From assembly GCA_001179505.1 (NCBI GenBank), contig CDMY01000201.1:62001-126000 (forward strand): DNA of 64,000 bases, given 5' to 3'. The translations under genes and the position numbers were made by a program. This DNA comes from Vitrella brassicaformis CCMP3155 (taxonomy: Eukaryota; Protista; Chromerida). Position 1 is the first letter of the stretch. Each line of letters begins with the position of its first letter. Below the pieces are notes generated by a model. It had not been told where the DNA came from. It saw only the letters and a list, made by a program, of their open reading frames with translations, and did no database searches. Positions 38,745 through 51,107 of the stretch are shown piece after piece.

Positions 38745-38890
38745 ATCCCTGCGCTGGGGCGTTAGCGTGGCATATGACGCTTTGCGGATGCGCGCTGATT
38801 GCTAGTTGAAAACTACTCCAGTTCCGGTGGTTCCTGCCGAAAGGTATGGTTCCCAATTTTTGAAACGATCGGCCCTCAGGGGCTAACAGA
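38745..38890 (+). ncRNA. U4: U4 spliceosomal snRNA
   Basis: ATCCCTGCGCTGGGGC (U6 stem II partner), 5' stem-loop with kink-turn GCATATGA-CGC-TTT-GCG-GA-TGC, TTGCTAGTTGAAAACTAC (U6 stem I region), Sm site AATTTTTG at 38855-38862, and terminal hairpin GGCCCT-CAG-GGGCT. Confidence 0.93.
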
Positions 38891-39449
38891 GTCGATTCAC
38901 TGTGTCATGTTCCACCACGTCATGCGGGGCCACGCAGAGAGTCAGTGACGCGCGGAGGCCCTCAGGGGCTAGCAGTCCGTCTGCACGTCAGGTGTTCACG
39001 ACACAGACATTAACGTGCAGCGCCTGTCAGGTGGCAGACGCTCGTGTATGCCAAACATCCATTCACGCAGCCCAAATCTATGTTGGCCACACCCGTCCGG
39101 TCTCATGCGCACGCACACATTCGTCTGCATGGAGCAGCCCTGCTGCACACTCCGGCCGCCCGCCCACCCATCTATTGAACTATTCACAAAACGCCCCACA
39201 CGCTCTCCAGCCTCCCTCGCAGCATCACCAGCTCTCCAGCAGATGCATCGTATACATGAGCTGGTTGGTCACCAGGGATCACTCTCACGTGCCGGCCGCG
39301 GCGCAGTTCCACACAGGCGGCTGCTCCTCAACGCACACACAATATTGACTGACACAGCTGTCTTTCGACTGGCTGCCTCATTCTTGTGGCGTACCTTCTG
39401 TCCTTCATTCATTCAGCCAGCCAGCCCTCAGCAGCTCCACAAACCGACC

Positions 39450-41318
39450 CTCCAGCAAAGCGGATAAATCAGCTCAGCACCACAGCGGCGGCGATTCCAG
39501 AAGAGCAGCTCAGTCCAGTCAGTCCAGTCAGTCCAGAGCACGGCACGGCACGGCACGCACACGTCAATACCTACCTACTTCTGCCTGTCTGCTTACCCCA
39601 TACGAGCAGCTTCGCCTTGCCCTCGCCATCCGCAGCAAGAGCCGCACTGAATGTGCTCCCAGCAGACACACAACACTGCAAACACGCACACGGTGTTGTG
39701 TTGTGGACACCGTGTGTAGAGTCAGCGCACCTACCACACTGTTTGGCAGCCCGCTGACACGCTCGGGTCCCTTGGCCACACTGAAGGGAGCACCAGAGGA
39801 TGCTGCTGCTGCCGGTGCGACGGCCGGGTGGTCAGCTGCTGCGGCAGATGCGCGATGGTCGGGAAGCTGGAAGGGCGGGAGTTTGTGCTGCATGTCTGGC
39901 ACGTCTGGCAGTGGTTGGGGGTAGGGCAGGTTGGGGAGGGTGCCAAACGTGTAGACGTCACCTGCACGGCACGGCACGGCCACGCAAGGACAAGAAAGAA
40001 TCCAATGTATTTGTGTGTCTATCTGTCAGCAGTCTCTGTTTGTATTGCATGCAACGCCTACCGGTGTTAGTGAGAGCGATGGAGTGACAGAGGCCGCACG
40101 ACACCTGACGAACCTTGGTGCTCGCAAAGGCGCCCACACTCTGACACATCACATGCACACACGGGAGACGAACAAGTGGCGAGCCGCTATGCTATCTCTA
40201 CCTTACCTGTGGCAGCTCTTTCTCTGACGTGTGGCCGAGACCCAGCTGGCCTTGAAGATTCAGACCCCTGCTTAACGCACTCTCACACACATTCCATTCA
40301 TGGGTGAGTTCAGGTGAAATGGTATGGTGCTGTGCTGACCAGGCAAGAATGCGGCCCCGATCGGTGACAGCCAGGGTGTGGGCAGACCGAGATGCAACGC
40401 TGGACAGACCCTCGCCGCCCAACAGAGGCAGCTGCACCGCTCTGGGCTGCACGACGACCTCATTCTTGCCCTCAGCACAGTCCCTCTCGCTGCGCCACAG
40501 ACCCAGCTGGCCCTGCTTGTTCAGACCTGCACTCATCCGAAAACACATCAATCAATGTATGTGTAGGCAGAGAGATAGACCAAACACATTTCCACTTCAT
40601 TACCGCAGGCCATCAGCACTGTGGGTGTGCCGCCTGTCGGCCCCTCCGCGACGAGGAAGAATGACGCCGACCGTGCCGCCGCGACGCCCTTGACCGTGCA
40701 GCCTTCATGTCTTGTGGCTGTGATGGGCTGCAGGGACTCGACTGGCCGAGTGTTGCCTTGACCCACCTGCACAAACACAACACAACACGGGGAAGAGCGA
40801 TGGATGCCAATTAGGTATTTGGATGTCTGCATGGCATGCATCGTGCATTACCTCGCCGTACTGATTGCGGCCCTGAACACACGACAGCAGACAAGCCAAC
40901 CATTGGATGAAGAAGAGGCCTGCCTCCCGGTGTCCCGGTGTCCTCCATTCTTTCTGTTGCTCACCCATCCAAATGCCCTCCCTCTCTCCGTGAACAGCAC
41001 CACATGCTCCTCACCGCACGCAATGCCACAGATGGCGTCACCAGACGCCCCCAGCTCAGCGCCAAGCCTCAGATAAGCCCTCCTCCGCTGCGCGGCAACA
41101 TCAGCATCCTCTTTGGCCGCATCGGCATCGAATAGCGCCACCCCATACTTGTCTGCCAGCGCTACGTTGGCCTCACAGACGCCGAAATGCAGCCAGTTAG
41201 GTCTGGTGTCAGCCCTATGAGGTATTTGTGATAGATCTACCCATTCCCAATCGGGCTGGCGGGAGAGGGAGGCACCCTGGACCGCAGGAAGCTTGTAGCC
41301 ATGGACAGCGAGTGCCAT
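39450..41318 (-). CDS. RCC1-repeat (beta-propeller) protein
   Basis: Repeated RCC1 motifs: ICGIACGEEHVVLFTERGRAFGW, GRNQYGE, AGLNKQGQLGL, VASRSAHTLAVTDRGRILAW/GLNLQGQLGLG, VRQVSCGLCHSIALTNTG/DVYTFG. The 3' end is approximate. Confidence 0.85.
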
Positions 41319-41435
41319 AGATCTGAAATTCTAAGCTCGCATGTTCGGGCCTCCGCGAAACCGCTCTCTCCCTCGCCAGTCGCCGCCCATGGGCAGGGCG
41401 TTTTGAGTAATAATGTGACAAAGCCGCCATTCGGC

Positions 41436-44400
41436 ATGGTACGGTTTTGCAGCCCGGTCACGTTTGCATCGGCATGGCCCTTGATTCTGCTTTTGTGCAG
41501 GTGCTGGTCAAGTTCTACTGCAACGTGAACTGGACGCAGCACGGCCAATGGGTGGGCTGGCTACAGGAGACCACATTGATCAGATCCACTGCAGGATAGG
41601 ATGATGTGATGACTTGGCTGCATTCCATCCATGTTTGCCCCTGCCTGTGGTCGGTTTTTTTTTTTCCCCCTCCAGCCGCATGTGGTAGGCTCGTCGGGTG
41701 CGCTGGGCGAGTGGAATGCCCGCGGCGCACTGCCGCTGTTCGCAGAGGGCACCTTCCCATGGTTCACGGGCCAGGTATGTACAGAGCCCAGCCAGCAAAA
41801 GGCGAAGCCAAGGAGACCACGGGATCTGCTGCATCCATCATGGCATGGTGTCACCCCTTTCTGTCAGGTGACGGTGCAGCGTGGGACCCATGAGTGGAAG
41901 GTAACGGCAGAGCAGACCGCAGAGACGCCACATGGGGGCAATGACACCAGTGACCTGATCTCTTTAAGTGTTTGGTGGCTCTGTGTTCTGTGGTTGTGGC
42001 GTGTGTGCAGTTGATAGTCAAGGAGCGTGACGGCGGAGTGGTGTGGGAGGGCGGTACCAACCGGCTGCTCGAGATCGAGACCTACTGCCCGTTCCCCTCG
42101 TCCGCGCACGACCCCCTTACGCCCCCGCCCAACGTGCTGTCCACCACACCCACCCCCAACGGCATAGTCTTCATGCAGGTCCACTGGGGCCAGCCGTCGC
42201 CGCGCATCCTCCTCCACATCCCCGCCACCAACCCCATGTCGGCCTCCTCGCCGCAGCAGTCCATCGCACGCGCGCCGTCGCTGCCCCTGCCACACACACA
42301 GGTGACGTGACTGACGTGTGTGCAGAGAGAGATAAAGTTGGGCGCTCTCATCGATGCTCTGCCCGCCAAATGCAATCGATGCAGGCAATTTCGCGGTATG
42401 ATAGTGGGCGCCGTTCTCCGCCGTCTGCGTTGGCCGCTCCCCCTGTGGCAGTGACTGAGACCCTCCCAGCCCCGCCCAAGCAGCAGCCACAGCAGCACCA
42501 GCAGCACCAGCAACACCAGCAGCAGGCCAGAGAGCAAGACACCAACAGCACCATACCTGAGGTGCCATTCCAGGCGCTGACCGACCCAGACAGCAACACC
42601 ATCAACAGCAGCACCAAGCCGGTTGTGGCGATGGCGGTGGTGGCCACCAGTGGGTCGTCATCATCTCGTCAGCATGCGGGGAGCCAGGCTGTGGTGGCGA
42701 AGCTGGACAAGGGCGTCCAGGGGCAGGGGGGCGGTGCCTGTGGTGGGGGTGACGGTGGGCGTAAGGAGGAGATAGATGGGGTGCGGCTGCAGCTGGATAG
42801 ACTGGCTGACCAGATGGGCACCATGGTACGAGAGAGGGAGGGAGGGGGGCGATAGATAGCGACGCGCATTGTGTGTGGTGTTGGTGTTGGTGTGGTGTCT
42901 GTCTGTCTGTCTGTCTGCAGACGTGTTTGTATGAGTCGCTGCTGTTGGAGACCAAGCAGCTGGTAAGCAGGATGGATGCATCCGATGTTACACACATATG
43001 GATGACGACCAATGGACGGACGAACGGGTGTCTGCAGAGCTCTCGTGTAGACGAGTTGACCGCCGCTGAGGCGGCAACCTTGGAAGCCGCAAATACCGCA
43101 GTCAAGAGGTCACAATGAGACAAACATTCAACACGTGATGACGAACACACCACGCCGAACGTCTCATTGTTTGTGTCTTTCTTATCCATCAGGGAGTTTC
43201 CCCCGGCACCGTTCGCCATGCCGCCCTTCCCCTTCTACGCCCACCCATACGCAGCCCCCTACGCCCCATACCTTTACACACACCCCCACCCTCAACCGCA
43301 CCTAACAAACGCCCCACCACAGCCGATCTACGAGGAACTCCGCACACTGCTGACCCGGCAGCAGCAGCAGCAGCAGCAGCAGCCACAGCCACAGCAGACG
43401 GAGCCCCACCCTTACACAGCCAACAGAGCCATGGAGGGGCAGACATTGCTAGCAGAGGAGGGGCAGGAGGAGCACGGGCAGCACAGCGAGCCGGCGAGAC
43501 GCATGAATCTCTTCCGTCACCATCAGGAGTCGGCAGCCGCGCTCGAGACATTCCACCTCACCCGCGCCAAGCAGACCAGTGCAGTGCCGTCCAAGGTGCC
43601 CGCGCCCTTTCTCATCAAGCAGGAGGACATCTCACCGTCCCTCTCGCCCCCCGCCGTGCCCACGGAGACCTCGCCCAGCTGCCAGCTGCAGGGCCTGTCG
43701 CCGCCCGTGGTGCCCACCACCACAACAAACGATACACGCAAGGACACCATCCACGTGAACGTCTCACCCCCACTCCCGATCCCGGTGCCAGTGGGTGGTG
43801 CTGGTGCTCCCGGTGGTGGTGGCGGGGTCAAGGGCAAGAGGGGCGGGCCTGTGTTGGGTACTAGTGGTGGTGTGGTGAAGGAGGCCGGGCTGCCGCGGTT
43901 TGGGATAGGGGGCGATCGCGATGAGGGGCCGGTGGTGGGAGGAGGGGCAGAGAGAGGCAAGGGGGAGGCAAAGTTGGAAGACGGAGGAGGGTATGTAGAT
44001 GTCAAGGATAGGGAGAATTTCCGCCGTCGGTGGCAGGTGGACCCCGTCAGCGCCGGCAGCAAGGGCAAACTCTCAGGTGACACACATACACACACATAAT
44101 ACTGCCGTCCATCCATGTGGATTGCTCCTGATTGCTCCTCCCCCAGGCCCGACTCTCTCACTGTCGCCCCCGTTCCTGACCTACAATGTGTCCGCCAAGG
44201 CCCCCACGGCCATCGAACCGAAAGAACCCAAAGGCCCCGCACCAGCCCCCCTGCGACCGCCCAAGCAGGCCCTCTCCCCGCCCTCCCTGCCATCGCCCCT
44301 CTCACACAACGTCACTGTCCCGCCCGTCACGCCCACCAAGACGGCCGTCAGCAAAAACCCCAGCAACCTGCGACACGCCAAAGGAGCACCCAAGAAACCT

Positions 44401-44762
44401 GCCTTCAATGCACTGGTGGTTGAGAAGGGGCGAGACGCCAGTGGCAGCGGCAGTGGCAGTGGCAGCAACGAGTCGGAGCGTCGGCTTGGTTCGCGGTTGG
44501 TGGTGGCCAAGGCGGCGGCGGCGGCTGCTGCTGCTGGTGGTGTGGGTGGTGTGGGTGAGTTGCCTGTGACGGGAGGGAGTGGTGGGTCGACGGGCAGCCT
44601 TAGCGGTGTGGCGGTGTACGATTTGGAGGACAACGACGCCAAGAGTGAGATCAACATGGACGGACGGGGCGGCGAGGACGATGCCGACATCGACCTCAGA
44701 GGATGGTACATCCCCCCTACCGTCAAGACAGAACGAGACACCCACCGAGACCGACACACGAG

Positions 44763-44795
<33 letters not shown>

Positions 44796-45074
44796 TGTGG
44801 TTGTCCACCATCCATCAGGGATATCGAGCTGATCCCCGGTGCCACCCCGCGACCCTTCGGCAGCCAGGACCTAGAGGTAGACGGAGATGGCATTGGGGGT
44901 GGCGATGGTGATGGTGCCGAGGATGGTGAGGACGGCTACGGCACGTATGAGAGACACGATAGCACCTCGCGGCACATGGAGGGCCACCAGGGCAGCCTCA
45001 GCCGCCTGCAAAGCCGACTGATGCGGGACCCATTCACCGTCGGCAAGATGAACCAGTCTTACGAAGTCATGTGA
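41436..45074 (+). CDS. CBM20 starch-binding-domain protein with a long low-complexity C-terminal region
   Basis: Spliced N-terminus M/VLVKFYCNVNWTQHGQW/..VVGSSGALGEWNARGALPLFAEGTFPWFTGQ/VTVQRGTHEWK/LIVKERDGGVVWEGGTNRLLEI matches the CBM20 consensus (GS...LG.W...A..L....P.W ... K ... WE.G.NR). Followed by Gln/Pro/Gly-rich exons to TGA at 45072-45074. Confidence 0.8.
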
Positions 45075-46139
45075 ACGGGACGGGAGAGAGAGAGAGAGGG
45101 AAACAGGTAGGGAGACGTAGATAGGTATGGGTGTGGGTATGGGAGAGTGTGGGCTGGGAGAGGGGGCGGGGTTGGAATGGATGGATGGATTTCTTGTGCA
45201 TTGGTGCGTTTGGGTGGACGAATGAATGGACAGCGTGCGAATGGATGGATGGATGGATGGACCGTGTGGCTAGGTTTCAACTCAATAAATATGTCGGTAA
45301 ACGGGATTTGTGTGAGAGATTCCCACGCGCAGAAGGAAGCACAAAAAGCATTGACAGCCAACACTTACGTCACGTACGCATTGCATTCATTGTCGAGTGA
45401 GTCGGTGGTCTGTACACACACACAGAGAGAGAGGGACATCGAATGAATCGATATGGCATGCACGCAGGCAGGCAGGCAGTCGGACACACAGGCAGTTAAG
45501 GAGGGAGGGAGGGAGACAGTCGGACAGACAGACATGGAGGGAGGAGGTGAGAGGGTCCGGTCCGCACACAGCGAAAGCAAAAAATGCTGAACACACAAAC
45601 GAAGGAACGAAACAGTCGGAAACACTGCTGGTAGGTAAGCAGGGATAAATACGCAAAACTGCATCCATTCCATCCAAGAAGTAAGTGTATGTATGTTATG
45701 TGTGGCCATCTCTCTCTCCCTCTCTCCCCTGTAAGCTACAACCGGTCACCTCGCCCATCCGATCCGTCCATCCACTCCTTCCTTCATGGTGGTCTGGTCT
45801 CCACACACATTTGTGTCGTTCATCATGCCATCCATGCGTTCGTTCAAAGACAACGCGCACAGCACACGGACACTCTCACTCACTCACTGCACATAAATAA
45901 AGCCGAAGGGCGGGCACACAGACACACACACACAGCACGAACACACCAGGCACAGCCAACACAGATGGGGGGCAGCCAACGAGCCAAGCCAAGCCACCCT
46001 GTCAGAGGATCTGCCCGAGTGTCCTCGTCAGCCGCACGTCCGCCACGCCGGCCATGCCGCGAACACACTCACGCAATCAATGCCCCATCCCTCCCCTCCC
46101 CTCCTTGCCTGCCTGCCTACTGCAATGTGACCCCCCCCC

Positions 46140-46439
46140 NNNNNNNNNNNNNNNNNNNNNNNNNNNNNNNNNNNNNNNNNNNNNNNNNNNNNNNNNNNNN
46201 NNNNNNNNNNNNNNNNNNNNNNNNNNNNNNNNNNNNNNNNNNNNNNNNNNNNNNNNNNNNNNNNNNNNNNNNNNNNNNNNNNNNNNNNNNNNNNNNNNNN
46301 NNNNNNNNNNNNNNNNNNNNNNNNNNNNNNNNNNNNNNNNNNNNNNNNNNNNNNNNNNNNNNNNNNNNNNNNNNNNNNNNNNNNNNNNNNNNNNNNNNNN
46401 NNNNNNNNNNNNNNNNNNNNNNNNNNNNNNNNNNNNNNN
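46140..46439. other. Assembly gap (300 N) inside a poly-C tract
   Basis: Run of N with C homopolymer on both sides. Confidence 0.99.
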
Positions 46440-46899
46440 CCCCCCCCCCCCCCCCCCCCCCCACACACACACTCACTCAGACAGACAGACAGACAGGGAG
46501 AGAGGGGACGTGTGTGTGTGTCAGCTCAACCAGCTCAACCAGTTCAATCAACAACCTGTACTGTCATTATGTGTATGTGTGTGTGGTGGGTGCATGTTTG
46601 TTAAACGCCCCCCATCCCATCTCCCTCCCTCGCCTGTCTGGCTGGCTGTCACCTGTTGGCTGCACTGCAACGCACCACTCACTACCCACACCCATCTCAC
46701 CTGGCTCACAAACACAGCTGGCGGCCGGCCACAGAAAGAAAAAAGACAACGGGCCGACCGGTCTGTCTATGTCGCACCACCCACACACACGTGGGCAGGC
46801 GGAGAGGAACGAAAGCACGCAAAGAGGGAAAAGTGTGCGAGCTGAGCGTGGGTGAGAGAGTGGGTGTGGGTGTGGGTGTGGGGTGTTGTGGGCTGTTGC

Positions 46900-48564
46900 T
46901 CATGAGGTGACCATGGCCGTGGCCCCCTCGCCGTGGAGGTCGTGCTCGGCCGTGTTGAGAGCTGACCGCGGTAGGGACATCTTGGCCTCGAACTGGGTCT
47001 GCAGCGACGCCCACTTGCGCGCGCGGTCATCCTCGTACTGCTTCTGTCTGCAGGCCAACACACACACGCACACACAAACCATGCCGTTGCTGCCTCATCT
47101 CGACTGCGTGGCGTGTGTGGTGAGTGAGGGGGGGGGGGACGGCCAATGCAGTCAGTGGGTTTGGTTTGGTTTACTGACTTTTCCTCCGACTCTCTGTGTT
47201 TGTTTGAGCATTCGTCGAACAGCGGCGGGTCGGCCTCCATCAGCAGCTTCAACACGTTGTACGTCAAGCCGTGGACAGTGCTGACCCACCGATGGATGGA
47301 TGGACGGATGGATGGAACAAAGGCAGACAGGCAGGCAGGGACACACACGCAGCAAAGCGACATGCATCACCACACATCACATCCTCTAGGTATGTGTGTA
47401 TGTGTGTGGTGTGTGTCAGTCATGTTTTGTGGGTGGTGTGGTTGGTGGTTATTACTTGTTCCAGTGGTGTTTGGAGTTCTTGTACAGCGCACCAATGACA
47501 ATCGGGAACAGCGTCTGCAGTGAGTGAGTTGCAGAGATAGAAGGGAGAGGAGAGGGAATGGGTGGGACGCACGGCCGGCTGGCGGCTGGCTCTGTGTGTG
47601 TGTGTGTGTGTACCTGTCTGTTTTGGTTGATGAGTTTGACGATGTAATCATTGTTCCACAGAAACAGCACACGCTCAGCAACCTGCACACACACACACAC
47701 ACACAAAGCACCACAGCAGTCGTGTGCAGGTGTGTGTGGCCATCCATCCATCCATCCATCCGTCCGTCTGTCTGTCTGTGTGTGTACCTGGAAGTGTGGG
47801 CTGACGATGCAGGCGGCCACCTTCTTGAACAGGGGCTCCATCACACGCTGAAACTCGGGCGGCTGCGTCAACTCCAATATCTGCCACATCCCACACACAC
47901 ACAGATGGATGGATGGATCGATGTGGTCTCTCTGTCTGTCTCTCTGTTGGTCGTTCCTGTGTGTCCATTACCTCTTCCAGCTCGTTGAGGAATAGGACCT
48001 CCTTTGGTGTGTTGGTGACCGGCCAGTACCGCAGCAAACCCATCAGAATCGTCTCGGCCAAGCGGGGATCCTTCTCGACAAACCTGACACACACACACAC
48101 AGAGAGAGGGGGGGAGACCCACCGGTGTGTGCGATACACAGACACATGTGTGCAGCCAGCCAGGCGTCCTTACTGGGTCATGCAGTAAGCGAGTTGCTGG
48201 TGGAATGCGTTGAGCGTGCGGGCCTTGTGGAGGGGGATGAGCGAGTGCTCCAGGAACTGACGGTGCTCCTCCTTCAGCGGCAACGCAAACCCGTTGATAA
48301 TACTGCAGACAGCCACACACACAACACACAACACACACAGGGCCTGGATGGACAAATGGTATGTGTGTCTGTGTGTGTTGTGTGTGTGTGTCAGTCGGCA
48401 CGTCTGTCTGCGCACCTGCCGAGGATCTCGAGGAGTTCAGCGATTCCGTTGCGGACCTCGCACTCGTAGACGAACTTGTAGAAGACGTTCTGGATGGCCT
48501 TCCGCACAAACGACCTGCAAAGCCATCACATCAAACCACACATAGAGTCAAAGTGGGAGTGTAG

Positions 48565-48596
<32 letters not shown>

Positions 48597-48631
48597 CTCT
48601 GCCTGTCGGCTCTCTCTCCGACCGCCTCAAC

Positions 48632-48668
<37 letters not shown>

Positions 48669-49683
48669 TACCTGAGTGCCATGAATTTGCCGTAGATGCG
48701 ATGCAGGATGGTCTTGAGGTAGTCGCGCTCACGGGGATCCTCAGACGCGAACAACTCCAGCAACTGACAGACATGAACGAACGAAGAACGAATCAGTGTC
48801 GCACCACAAGACACACCACACCGTGCCAAGACACTCCATCACGTGTGCTGACTGACCTTGACAACGAAGTTTTGGTCGATGAACTTTTTGGCGACTTTTG
48901 GGTCGACGTCATTGGAGACCACGAACCGCAGGAAGAACTCATAGACTATCTGCAGGTGCGGCCACGACCTGCACAGCACAAACCAACACAGCCAGACACA
49001 CACACACACATACAGAGACAGAGAGATGTGTGTGTGGGGTGGGGGTGTGTGAGTGTGGGGTGGGCACGCTTCTAGCGTGGGTTCCTCTTCCTCCGGGTCG
49101 TATGTGATGACGTTCTGCGTCGTGGAGGCCGGCAGCGCACGGAAAATGTTCATGCCAACCTGACACACACAACGCACACCGGACACCGGACACGAGTGGG
49201 ATAGATGGTCTCTACCGGCTCATATGGCTCACCCACCATGTGCACGACGTCCTGCATGATCTGCTCGTTGTAGAAATTGCGAGTGTTGTTGACGTACCTA
49301 ACCAACAGACACAGAGACAGACAGACAGACAGACACACAGAGAGACGTGCATCAATCTAATCTCTCTCTCTCTCTCTCTGTGTGTGTGTATGTGTGTGTG
49401 TGTGTGTGTGTATGTTGTCGGTGTGTCTGCGTTGATTCACTCGTGGCTCGCTCACTCGACAATCTCCAGTAGCGTCTGTCGTTTGGCCTCCTTCTCCTTC
49501 ATGTAAGCGTCGGGCTGCTTGAAGTCGTATACGTAACAGCACGCCTGCAGCTTCTTGCGGAACAACTCCACTCGCTCACTCGCTGGCGCCTCTGATACCA
49601 TAGATGCGCCACGCCATGCACACAGACAGACGCATCTTGCCCCTCCTCTCTCTGTTTCTTGCCTCTCTCTCTCTGTGTGTCCG

Positions 49684-49730
<47 letters not shown>

Positions 49731-50673
49731 CTCTGAGTGCGGGCAGTGCGGCGAATGGGTTCTCCTCGCCCACGGTGTTGGCGTTTCTGTTGCCCCGGCC
49801 GGGCGGCGCCATCGCACCCACACCGCGGTTCGGACTCACCGCCCCTGCTGCCTTGGGAGCTGGTTTGTAAAGCAATCGCACACACACATATACAGAGAGA
49901 GATGAGCGCGTGCAGGTGGTTGCCATCCAATTGCCATGCCCTCGGGTACGGTACCCACCGACCCGGTGTGGAGGTTTGTGCGGATGGCGGCGATGCGGGA
50001 GGAGGCTGACCGGACGGGGCACCTGCCTTGGGCTGCACACACCACACACAAAGGCAGGCACCAATGACAGACAGACAGACAGACACGCAACACAACGCAC
50101 GGATCAGAGAAAAACGGTGCGGTGTTGGAGTCTTTCTCACCGCCGGCTTCTCGTTGGCACCCTGCAGTTGAGCGAATGGAGTGAGGTCCATGCAGACACA
50201 GACACAGACACACACACACCAAGAGAGCCATGCATGTCACGATGCATGACGAGATAGAAGAAAGGTCTTCTATGCGAGCCTGTCTGTCTGTCTGTATGTC
50301 TGTCTGTGTGCGCCTGATCTTCTCTTTTGGTTGGCGTGGTGTGTGGTGTGTGTGGTTCCTTACTGTGTCGGTTACCATGCGCCGTTTGACACTTTGGATC
50401 AACCTGCACACACACACACACACACACACATGCAACGAACGAACACAGGTACAGCACAGATAGCACAAACAAACAGACATGACACACACCGAGGGACACA
50501 TCCATCCATCCATCCAGACACACACATCAACCAAGTAACCACCATGGTACACACACTGCTCGTCTCCTCTCCTTGTGTGTCCCTCCCTGCCTGCGTCCGT
50601 GAGCACATGTGTGTCGCCTGGCTTGGCTCCCTCCCTCCCTCCCATGCTATGCTGCTTATTCCCTTTACTTCAT
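46900..50673 (-). CDS. Protein phosphatase 2A regulatory subunit B' (B56 family), multi-exon
   Basis: [155 protein letters not shown]. Confidence 0.96.
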
Positions 50674-51107
50674 GATGGTGTCTGTGTGGGTGTGGCGCTG
50701 CTGAGTCAGTCGGCGATGCTCTCAATCAACCAAAGACCACCACAGAAAGAAAGACGCTCCAAAATCGCTTCAAACTCCCCACAGCACAACTCCCACAGCG
50801 ATGGCAGACGGTTGCAGGGCCTCAGCGGCCTGACGCTGCTCTGCTTGACCCGCTCGTGAGAAGAGCTCCTGAGTTGGGTGGTCAGGCCGCCATGCCCGAT
50901 GGCAGAGAAGGACAAAGGCAGCCTCAGCCCTCCTGCTTCTCTCACCCCTCGTCGGCGACCTCTGCGAGCTTAGCTGCGAGCTTAGATCCTCCAGCGTGTT
51001 CTCACCTTTCCCCACTTATCTAGGACCATTTGCTCTCAGCGGCGAGTCGCATTTGTTGATTCATCTACTCCTCCAGAAATTTCGTTGTCGCTGTCTGCTG
51101 GTCACTG

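Noticed and set aside
38745-38760. U4 5' end has two mismatches (positions 5 and 11) to the conserved U6 stem II sequence, hinting at a variant U6
   Set aside because: U4/U6 stem II tolerates mismatches in other eukaryotes and no U6 is present here to test covariation.
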